Below are positions 7,688-14,548 of a DNA stretch of 14,548 bases, piece after piece; within the stretch, counting starts at the first letter, position 1; each line of letters begins with the position of its first letter. A program made the translations under genes and the position numbers. Origin of the DNA: Chlamydiia bacterium (GTDB taxonomy: Bacteria; Chlamydiota; Chlamydiia; Chlamydiales; Parachlamydiaceae); NCBI GenBank assembly GCA_038257035.1, contig JBBSJT010000058.1, positions 1 through 14,548 on the forward strand. The letters are read 5' to 3'. The notes beneath the pieces are model-generated. The model made no database searches, had not been told where the DNA came from, and worked only from the letters and a program-made list of their open reading frames with translations.

Positions 7688-9709
7688 TTAAAAGGCTTTT
7701 AAAAGGATACTGCTGTAAGGGGCTATTTTAAAGAGATTATTCTCTACTTTTACTTCTTTCCCATCTTCAAAGAAATCTTCCGGTGATTTATTACCGGTTA
7801 CAATCACTTGATGCCAATTTTTATTATCCTGGCAAGGTGGAAGAACTACATCCCGATCTTCATTTGAGGCATTAAAAGCAATATAAAAAACAGGCTCATT
7901 TTTTTGTTTTTCAGAATTCAGTGTAAAGGCAACAAAATGATCTTTTTCCTCCCATTTAGGTTGATTTGGCACTAATCCATGCCATGAAATATGATTTTCT
8001 TTTAAATGTTTTTCAGGTTTTAAAAGAGGATTTTTGGCTTTAAAATGAATTAGAAAACGATAAAAATTAAAAAAGTCTTGGTTTTCTTGGATTTTATCCC
8101 ATAAAAACCAATTTATTTCATTATCTTGGGTCCACGAATTATTATTACCTTTTTTGGTGTGTCCATATTCATCCCCCATAAACAGCATGGGGATCCCTGG
8201 AGTAACCATCAGGGCTAATAGAAAATTGCGCATTTGTTTTTTTCTTAGATTTAGTATGTTTTTATCTTCTGTTTCCCCTTCAACACCACAATTCCAACTT
8301 TCGTTATTATCTAGGCCATCTTTGTTGTTTTCACCATTATTTAAATTATGTTTTTCATTATAACTGACTAAATCAGCTAAGTTAAAACCATCATGTGTTA
8401 CAATGTAATTAACGCTTGATGTTGGGATATTGGGATATATATTAAAATTGCCTGAAATCGCTTCTGAAAAGCTTTTTTTAGATCCTTTTGTGCCTTTTAT
8501 AAAATTCCTAATAGCTGATTGGTATTTTCCATTCCATTCAGACCAATGAGGATTTAAAGCGGCAAAATATCCCACTTGATAAAGCCCGACGGCATCCCAT
8601 GGTTCTGCAATGAGCTTAACATGAGATAAAATAGGATCTTCGGATATAAATTCTAATAAAGGAGGTCTTTCGATGGGTCCACCATCAAGTCCTCTTGAAA
8701 AAATGGATGCCAAGTCAAAACGAAAGCCATCAATGTGGCATTCTAAAACATAGTAACGCATGGCACTCATTAATAATTCCAACGAAACAGGATGATTGCA
8801 TTTAAAAGTATTTCCGCAACCAGAATAATTTTGGTAGGTATTATTTGGGCCTAAATGATAATAAGCAAGGGGGTTAAATGCTTTATAAGATTGTACTGGT
8901 CCTTTTTCATTCCCTTCAGAAGTGTGGTTCAAGACCATGTCAAGAATGATTTCGATGCCATTTTTGTGCAATTCTTTCACTAAATTTTTAAATTCAGTTA
9001 ATGCTTGATCACCTTCAGATTTACTTGAATAACGATTCATTAAACTAAAAAAATTAACTGTAGAATAACCAAAATAGTTATGATTTTTTTTTCCGGTTTC
9101 AGGATTAAATTGGGTCACATCTTCTTCACAAAATTCTTGTATCGGCATAAGTTCTATCGCGTTAATTCCAAGATCTTTCAAATAGGGAATTTTTTCGATG
9201 ATGCCTTGAAAGGTTCCTTTAGCACTTACATTACTAGAAAAATGCTTAGTGAACCCTCTGACATGCATTTCATAAATAATTAAATCATTTTTAGCAAGAT
9301 TGAGGGGTTTATCTCCTTGCCAATCAAATTGATGTGCTACCACTTTTCCAATAGGATTATATTTAAAATCTTGCCTAGATTCATTTTGCCATAAGGGCTC
9401 ACTTATAATTAATTTTGCATAGGGATCTAAAACAGATGCAAAACTTCCATCTTTGTTGACCACTTTGTAGTTATATCCAAAATTTAAAGGTAGATCTTTA
9501 ACAAAGATATGCCAAACATCCCCGGTTTTATTCACATCCGGATTGAAAGTAAGAGTTGAAAAAGGTAATTCTTTGTTTGCTTCTTGAGCTTTTTCATGGA
9601 ATAAAAGGAGGGTAAGTTCTTGAATGTCTTTTCCATATACGGCAAAATTAACGCCACTTTCTTTTACAGTTGCACCAAAAGGAAAACAATCACCTGCTTC
9701 AACTTCCAT
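7688..9709 (-). CDS. glgX: Glycogen debranching enzyme / isoamylase (GH13)
   Basis: PFGA...GVNFAVY, IIYEMHVRGFT, NYFGYST, DMVLNHT, NYSGCGNT, DGFRFDLAS, IAEPWD, THDGF, SWNCGVEG, GIPMLFMGDE. Start moved from 9775 to the ATG at 9709 (MEVEAGDCFPFGA), which has GGTG upstream and fits the usual GlgX N-terminus. Confidence 0.93.
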   Translation of the reverse strand: MEVEAGDCFPFGATVKESGVNFAVYGKDIQELTLLLFHEKAQEANKELPFSTLTFNPDVNKTGDVWHIFVKDLPLNFGYNYKVVNKDGSFASVLDPYAKLIISEPLWQNESRQDFKYNPIGKVVAHQFDWQGDKPLNLAKNDLIIYEMHVRGFTKHFSSNVSAKGTFQGIIEKIPYLKDLGINAIELMPIQEFCEEDVTQFNPETGKKNHNYFGYSTVNFFSLMNRYSSKSEGDQALTEFKNLVKELHKNGIEIILDMVLNHTSEGNEKGPVQSYKAFNPLAYYHLGPNNTYQNYSGCGNTFKCNHPVSLELLMSAMRYYVLECHIDGFRFDLASIFSRGLDGGPIERPPLLEFISEDPILSHVKLIAEPWDAVGLYQVGYFAALNPHWSEWNGKYQSAIRNFIKGTKGSKKSFSEAISGNFNIYPNIPTSSVNYIVTHDGFNLADLVSYNEKHNLNNGENNKDGLDNNESWNCGVEGETEDKNILNLRKKQMRNFLLALMVTPGIPMLFMGDEYGHTKKGNNNSWTQDNEINWFLWDKIQENQDFFNFYRFLIHFKAKNPLLKPEKHLKENHISWHGLVPNQPKWEEKDHFVAFTLNSEKQKNEPVFYIAFNASNEDRDVVLPPCQDNKNWHQVIVTGNKSPEDFFEDGKEVKVENNLFKIAPYSSILLKAF

Positions 9710-9745
9710 TTTTACACCAAAAAAATTTAAGTATTTAAAAAAATT

Positions 9746-9775
9746 TTTATAACAGTACTTTTCATAACGATGCAA
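9746..9775 (-). promoter_or_regulatory. Candidate sigma70-type promoter for glgX
   Basis: Minus strand TTGCAT-N18-TATAAA with TGn before the -10; 36 bp upstream of the ATG at 9709. The AT-rich background lowers specificity. Confidence 0.35.
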
Positions 9776-9878
9776 GGGATTTTGTTTAATAGGCCTATTG
9801 CAAAAAAAATCAGAAAATTTTCACTTTAGGTAACAAAAGTATTTTTGACTTAAAGCTTGTACCTTCAAAAATTCAAAC

Positions 9879-9907
9879 TTGAGTTTATCGATAAATTCAG
9901 CTATGAT
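9879..9907 (+). promoter_or_regulatory. Candidate sigma70-type promoter for ugd-ispA
   Basis: TTGAGT (9879-9884), 17-bp spacer, TATGAT (9902-9907), 30 bp upstream of the ugd ATG. Confidence 0.55.
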
Positions 9908-9937
9908 TCGTCTTTAACTTTTAATGAGAGTTTTTAG

Positions 9938-11296
9938 ATGAATATTTTAGTTATCGGTACAGGATATGTGGGTTTGGTCACGGGCACCTGCATGGCAGAA
10001 ATGGGCCATCATGTGATTTGTCTTGATATTAACGAATCTAAAATCGAGAAACTGAATCAAGGCATCATTCCTATTTATGAGCCTGGCCTTGAAGAGATTG
10101 TCAAACGTAATATCAAAGCTGAAAGACTTAAATTCACAACCGAGTATGAAGAATCGCTCCAATCTTGTCTTGTTTGCTTTATTTGCGTCGATACACCAAT
10201 TTCTGAAGATGGTCACGCCAATTTGCAATATGTAAAAAATGTTGCAACTACCATTGCAAAGCACATGCCTGGATATAGAATCATCGTCAACAAATCGACA
10301 GTTCCTGTTGGAACAGCAAATCTTGTGGCTAATATCATCAAAGAAACTCTTGAAAAAAGAAATGTGGATATTGATTTTGACGTTGTCTCAAACCCTGAAT
10401 TTTTAAAAGAAGGCAATGCCGTTAACGATTTTATGAAACCTGATAGGGTTATCATTGGCATTGACAATGAACGAGCCATTGCCCCTATGCAAGAAATTTA
10501 TGCTCCATTTATGTTGAGCCACGAAAGACTCATGATCATGGACATAGCCTCTGCAGAATTGACAAAATATGCTGCCAATGCCATGCTTGCCTCAAGAATT
10601 TCTTTTATGAATGAATTGTCGGAAGTTTGTGAGAAAAGCGGCGCTGACATCAATAAAATTCGAAAAGGCATCGGATCTGACAAACGCATCGGTTATCATT
10701 TCTTGTATGCAGGTCCAGGATATGGCGGATCATGCCTTCCAAAGGATGTTAGAGCCTTGCGCATGTATGCAGAGTCTATTGGGTGTGAAATGCCTATCAT
10801 CAATGCTATTGAAGTTGTGAATGCTCGCCAAAAAATGTTACTCGGGAACAAAATTCTAAATTATTTTGGTGATTTATCAGATAAAACAATTGCCATTTTA
10901 GGACTTGCCTTTAAGCCTGATACAGACGATATGAGAGAATCGCCTGCACTTGTTCTGATCGAACAATTAATCAGCACAGGCGCCAAAATAAAAGTGTACG
11001 ACCCGATTGCAATGGATAATGCAAAAAAAATCATTCCTTACTCCCCTCACCTACACTTTGTCCAAAATGAATTGGAAGCTGCAAAAAATGCTGATGCCAT
11101 TGTTTTAGTTACAGAATGGAAACAATTTCGATTCTTAGATTTTCCGGCTCTGAAAAAAGTGATGAAAGGCAATGCATTTTTTGACGGTCGCAATCAATAT
11201 CACCCTGAAGACATTACTAAAAAAGGTTGGGATTACATTAGCATTGGTCAAAATCCGGCCTATGCTGTAGATGTTACTATAGATGCGAGTGTTTAA
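9938..11296 (+). CDS. ugd: UDP-glucose 6-dehydrogenase
   Basis: 452 aa; Rossmann [32 protein letters not shown], catalytic [25 protein letters not shown]. Confidence 0.93.
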   Translation: MNILVIGTGYVGLVTGTCMAEMGHHVICLDINESKIEKLNQGIIPIYEPGLEEIVKRNIKAERLKFTTEYEESLQSCLVCFICVDTPISEDGHANLQYVKNVATTIAKHMPGYRIIVNKSTVPVGTANLVANIIKETLEKRNVDIDFDVVSNPEFLKEGNAVNDFMKPDRVIIGIDNERAIAPMQEIYAPFMLSHERLMIMDIASAELTKYAANAMLASRISFMNELSEVCEKSGADINKIRKGIGSDKRIGYHFLYAGPGYGGSCLPKDVRALRMYAESIGCEMPIINAIEVVNARQKMLLGNKILNYFGDLSDKTIAILGLAFKPDTDDMRESPALVLIEQLISTGAKIKVYDPIAMDNAKKIIPYSPHLHFVQNELEAAKNADAIVLVTEWKQFRFLDFPALKKVMKGNAFFDGRNQYHPEDITKKGWDYISIGQNPAYAVDVTIDASV

Positions 11297-11303
11297 ATAA
11301 TCT

Positions 11304-12179
11304 ATGGACTGTCAAGATCATTTCAAAAAAATAGCAACATTTATTGAAAAAACTTGTAGTGAGTTAATTCCTCTAACCGATAAACCTTACAATGAAATTT
11401 TCATAGCGGCGAGATACTCACTTTTAGCTGGCGGAAAACGGCTTCGACCTCTTCTTGCTATTCTTACAGCTGAAATGTTAGGTATTCCTTCTGAACAATC
11501 CGTTGCTTCCGGTTGCGCTCTTGAAATGATTCATACTTATTCTCTTATTCATGATGATTTGCCCTGCATGGACGATGATGATTTCCGAAGAGGTAAACCC
11601 TCGCTTCATAAGGCCTTTCCTGAAGGAATTGCTGTTTTAGCTGGCGATTATCTTTTGACCTATGCTTTTGAAGTTTTAGTGAATGCTAAACATCTAAATG
11701 CTGATCAAAAACTGCAGCTTATTTCTGTTCTTGCAAAAAGCAGCGGTGGTGATGGAATGATTGCAGGTCAGGTAATGGATATTATGGCCACAAAAGTGGA
11801 TTTAACGAGACTACAGCAAACGCACCTTAATAAAACAGGCATGCTCATCGCTGCCTCCATGGAGTTTGGTGCGATCATAGGAAAAGCTACAACTGAACAG
11901 AAGAATCTTTTAAGACAATTTGGTCTTGATATAGGCCTTGCTTTTCAGATCATTGATGATATTTTAGACGTGACTCAAAGTAAGGAAAAGCATGGCCGTG
12001 AAGTCGCTTCTGATTTAATCAACGGCAAAACAACTTATGTTTCCTTGATGGGTCTTGAAGAGTCTAAGAAGCTCGCTAAATCGTTAACTAACAAAGCTTT
12101 AGAATCACTTAAAACCCTCCCCTTCAACACAAAAATGCTTGAAATTTTGACAAACTCCCTCGTCAACCGCCAGATTTAA
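11304..12179 (+). CDS. ispA: Farnesyl/geranylgeranyl diphosphate synthase
   Basis: 291 aa; GGKRLRP, first Asp-rich motif LIHDDLPCMDDDDFRRGKP, GQVMD, second motif FQIIDDILD; 7 bp downstream of ugd. Confidence 0.92.
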   Translation: MDCQDHFKKIATFIEKTCSELIPLTDKPYNEIFIAARYSLLAGGKRLRPLLAILTAEMLGIPSEQSVASGCALEMIHTYSLIHDDLPCMDDDDFRRGKPSLHKAFPEGIAVLAGDYLLTYAFEVLVNAKHLNADQKLQLISVLAKSSGGDGMIAGQVMDIMATKVDLTRLQQTHLNKTGMLIAASMEFGAIIGKATTEQKNLLRQFGLDIGLAFQIIDDILDVTQSKEKHGREVASDLINGKTTYVSLMGLEESKKLAKSLTNKALESLKTLPFNTKMLEILTNSLVNRQI

Positions 12180-12241
12180 TTCTATTGAAGATAAATTAAA
12201 ATTATTTTAATGTGAAATTTAGTTTAATTAACGGAGGCGGT

Positions 12242-12454
12242 ATGAAAATTTTAACTGTATTATTTACATTATTTGTTTCAATTGCAATTGCAGAAGAAGC
12301 CGGTTGCGCAAAATGTAAATTGGCTCGTGATTATCACGATAAAAACCCTTCAAAATATGAATACTATGATGATTATTTAAAAGATAAAGAAAAAGGTATT
12401 GCCGAAGATATTCGTTATACAGGCGAAGAAAATGAGAACGACACAAAAAAATAA
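12242..12454 (+). CDS. Small exported protein (70 aa) with signal peptide and CxxC motif, function unknown
   Basis: GGAGG at 12233-12237 before ATG 12242. MKILTVLFTLFVSIAIA|EE is a basic/hydrophobic/AxA signal peptide, followed by CAKC and a Tyr/Asp-rich segment (KYEYYDDYL). Confidence 0.7.
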   Translation: MKILTVLFTLFVSIAIAEEAGCAKCKLARDYHDKNPSKYEYYDDYLKDKEKGIAEDIRYTGEENENDTKK

Positions 12455-12477
12455 AGTTGTACATCTCTCAATTTTTA

Positions 12478-12559
12478 GGGTCAGGCTTTACAATATTACA
12501 GTTTTCGTTAATTTTTATATCTTTATGAAAAAAAACTGTCATATTGTAAAGCCTGACCC
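12478..12559. repeat. REPIN-like 28-bp inverted repeat between convergent genes; may act as a bidirectional terminator
   Basis: 12478-12505 gggtcaggctttacaatattacagtttt versus 12532-12559 aaaactgtcatattgtaaagcctgaccc: 27/28 inverted match with a 26-nt AT-rich loop. Confidence 0.85.
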
Positions 12560-12579
12560 CACAATATTTTCTAAGAATC

Positions 12580-13248
12580 TTAGTTATGGCAGTTGTGTTC
12601 GCATCTGATGTTAGCTTTTAAAATGCCATATAAAACCATGCTTAACATGGCGGCTAAAAAGCACCAAACAGAAGTAAACGTCGTTTCATAAAAATAATAA
12701 GCAATCATTGCCGATACAAGCGTTGTCATACCAAAAACCCACATGTAGCGAAGGCTTGAGAAAAAAATAGGGATCAGCAGCAAGCCAAGGTAAACTGCCC
12801 TCATGATAGAGATGGCAGGTTCCGTGAAAAAGTCAATACTATAGCCAATGCTATTTTCTCGGTTTTGAATAGATACATTGTAATGTGGAACCGACACAAG
12901 AAGATATAAAAGCCAAAGAACCCCTCCGACAGTCAACAAAAGCAACACTCTTTTTCTCCACTTTACATCTTCTGCAAACCACAAAGTAAGTGGAATCATA
13001 ATTGGCCAGATTAGAAAAGCAAACATTAAAAAAATAAATGCTGCAACTGAGGCAAACCCTTCAATGGGCAATCCTTGATTAAATTTGGTCCAGATTATTC
13101 CTTCAGAAAATTGTTGGATCGCGAAAAAAAAGGGAATGAGGGCAAACAAAAAATAAGATTTTTTTTGTTTAACAAGTTGAAGCGTAGCTACTCCTTGTAT
13201 GATAAGAACCCCTGATGCCGTAAAACTTGCAGTCGCTGAAAAACACAT
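12580..13248 (-). CDS. Multi-pass membrane protein, DUF6629-like
   Basis: 222 aa with about 7 hydrophobic segments; N-terminal MCFSATASF, IPFFFAIQQFSEG and SVWCF motifs recalled as typical of DUF6629. Confidence 0.75.
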   Translation of the reverse strand: MCFSATASFTASGVLIIQGVATLQLVKQKKSYFLFALIPFFFAIQQFSEGIIWTKFNQGLPIEGFASVAAFIFLMFAFLIWPIMIPLTLWFAEDVKWRKRVLLLLTVGGVLWLLYLLVSVPHYNVSIQNRENSIGYSIDFFTEPAISIMRAVYLGLLLIPIFFSSLRYMWVFGMTTLVSAMIAYYFYETTFTSVWCFLAAMLSMVLYGILKANIRCEHNCHN

Positions 13249-13278
13249 AATATGCCCTTATAAATTCAGTCTGAATTA

Positions 13279-13474
13279 TCAGGGCAAAGCCCTGGTTTAT
13301 AAAAGCCTAGGGCAACGCCCTAGGTACGATATTGCTAAATATGCAGGCTGTAGGCCTGCGTTATTCCCATAAATTGCTTTATATAGTTATAACGCAGGCC
13401 TACAGCCTGCCATTTTTTTTATAATATACCTAGGGCGCTGCCCTAGGCTTTTATAAACCAGGGCGTTGCCCTGA
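13279..13474. repeat. REP/BIME-like composite inverted doublet (196 bp)
   Basis: Arms 13279-13326 and 13427-13474 match 46/48 inverted; 16-nt unrelated spacers; 13343-13364 and 13389-13410 match 22/22 inverted; 24-nt central loop. Confidence 0.92.
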
Positions 13475-13526
13475 AAACCAGTAATCAACTCAATCATGGT
13501 ATATAGTTTATAAAAAAAAATGTCTA

Positions 13527-14189
13527 TTAATTTAAGATTTGGAGGTAAACATCGGCCTCTCCCCAAGTGAATACAGCTGGAAATTGTTTGACCAGGGTAA
13601 AAATAGGGTCGTCACAATAATCGTTAAGGGCATAACTTACAGTTACAATTTTTGTGCCGGCAGGACATTTTTGAAACTTCTCGATTAATTTTTCGATGAA
13701 TTCGGTATCATAACATGTGCCATACAAATAAAAAAAAGTTACCCCTTCAAAACTTGTTTCCAACATATCAGCATCTCTAAATTCCAAACCTTGAACATTA
13801 AATAAATTTTTTATTTTATTAGCGCGCTCGATGAAGAGAGGAACATACTCAATACCGACAACTTGGCAACCAACAAAAGCATTGAGCCAAAAACAACACC
13901 TGCCACGTCCACAGCCCAATTCAAAGACTGTATCTTGTTTTTTTATAGTGCAATCTATGGCTATTTGATCCATGGTTGTCAGGGGTGTTTCACCATAAAG
14001 ATAAACTTCTTTTTCCCCTCGTTCTAATAGGAAATTTTTAGCTATCCTAAATGGATTTTGAAATAGATAAAGTAGCAATAGCGAAAAATCTACTTTTGCA
14101 AACGAAATTTTTTTGTAATATTTGAAAACGACACGTACATATTCGACAAAATTTCTCTTTTGAACTTTAAAGTAGAGTATCGGTTCCAT
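13527..14189 (-). CDS. Class I SAM-dependent methyltransferase, DOT1-like
   Basis: YGET-x21-ELGCGRG motif I, VVGIE post-I, GTKIVT. Likely start is the ATG at 14189 (AAGGCG upstream); the ORF-track start at 14207 overlaps a MITE end. Confidence 0.8.
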   Translation of the reverse strand: MEPILYFKVQKRNFVEYVRVVFKYYKKISFAKVDFSLLLLYLFQNPFRIAKNFLLERGEKEVYLYGETPLTTMDQIAIDCTIKKQDTVFELGCGRGRCCFWLNAFVGCQVVGIEYVPLFIERANKIKNLFNVQGLEFRDADMLETSFEGVTFFYLYGTCYDTEFIEKLIEKFQKCPAGTKIVTVSYALNDYCDDPIFTLVKQFPAVFTWGEADVYLQILN

Positions 14190-14206
14190 AATCGCCTTAT
14201 AAAGCA

Positions 14207-14409
14207 TATACCGATTCTACTTCAACCTGAAATTTTACGCTGATCCCTCAGAAGACATTGCAATAAGATTTTTTTACCAGTGAGGCAGTGAGAGCAACAT
14301 GAGGACAGTGAGGGGCTCTGAGTTCTAAACCTCTCACTGTCCTCATTTTGCTCTCACTGCCTCACTGGTAAAAAATTCAAAAGTTTTCTCTTCCTGCAGC
14401 ACCAGTCTT
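14207..14409. mobile_element. Second copy of the ERIC-like MITE in opposite orientation, one end degenerate, carrying a different hairpin
   Basis: Reverse complement of 14206-14237 matches 7656-7687 at 27/32. 14381-14409 matches the reverse complement of 7212-7241 at 22/30 with one gap. Fills most of the mgtE-methyltransferase gap. Confidence 0.65.
14270..14375. repeat. Long hairpin with 46-bp arms and internal CAGTGAG repeats
   Basis: 14270-14315 versus 14330-14375: 44/46 inverted match with a 14-nt loop; three CAGTGAG copies per arm; downstream of the mgtE stop. Confidence 0.92.
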
Positions 14410-14413
14410 TAGT

Positions 14414-14548
14414 TTATAAAGTAAATAAAAGCGTAACGATCCAAGCAACAAAGAAAAACATCAATGTGGACAATAAATCATTAAAAGCCGTCACAATAGG
14501 ACCTGATGCAACAGCTGGATCGATACGAAGCCTTACAAAGAAGAATGG
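14414..14548 (-). CDS. mgtE: Magnesium transporter MgtE, C-terminal 44 aa (partial, begins beyond the window end)
   Basis: Manual minus-strand translation: PFFFVRLRIDPAVASGPIVTAFNDLLSTLMFFFVAWIVTLLFTL*. DPA-x-ASGP-x2-T-x3-D is the MgtE TM5 signature with the Mg-binding Asp. Confidence 0.88.
   Translation of the reverse strand, partial: PFFFVRLRIDPAVASGPIVTAFNDLLSTLMFFFVAWIVTLLFTL

Noticed and set aside
9710..9775. 22-aa N-terminal extension of GlgX (TTG start at 9775)
   Set aside because: AT-rich and not GlgX-like, and it overlaps the candidate promoter; the ATG at 9709 fits better.
3061..10820. Short ORFs overlapping GDE, treY, glgX and ugd (3061-3366, 3720-3968, 6833-7048, 8154-8363, 9080-9283, 9947-10264, 10213-10479, 10498-10689, 10611-10820)
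   Set aside because: All lie within well-supported genes in other frames or strands and show no recognisable motifs.
12264..12608. ORFs 12264-12464 (-) and 12399-12608 (+)
   Set aside because: They overlap the better-supported signal-peptide gene; the second also runs through the 12478-12559 palindrome. No clear RBS or motifs.
7352..13474. CRISPR interpretation of the conserved repeats with variable spacers
   Set aside because: Units are inverted rather than direct tandem, spacers are only 16-17 nt, there are two units per locus, and no cas genes are in the window.

Overview
AT-rich bacterial DNA; the gene set suggests an environmental chlamydia or similar intracellular bacterium, but that is inference only. 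The left half is a glycogen/trehalose cluster: a partial treT-like trehalose synthase (minus strand, missed by the ORF track) divergent from a treZ / amylo-1,6-glucosidase / treY operon, with a convergent glgX. The right half holds ugd-ispA, a small secreted CxxC protein, a DUF6629-like membrane protein, a DOT1-like SAM methyltransferase and the 3' end of mgtE (also missed by the ORF track). The most unusual signal is non-coding. Four intergenic gaps contain palindromic miniature elements of about five families. Between treY and glgX four of them are nested: an ERIC-like TA-flanked MITE contains a 29-bp-arm hairpin, which is interrupted by a second MITE with a direct-repeat footprint, which contains a REP-like doublet. 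The outer and innermost layers each recur separately later in the window. No transposase gene is present in the window.
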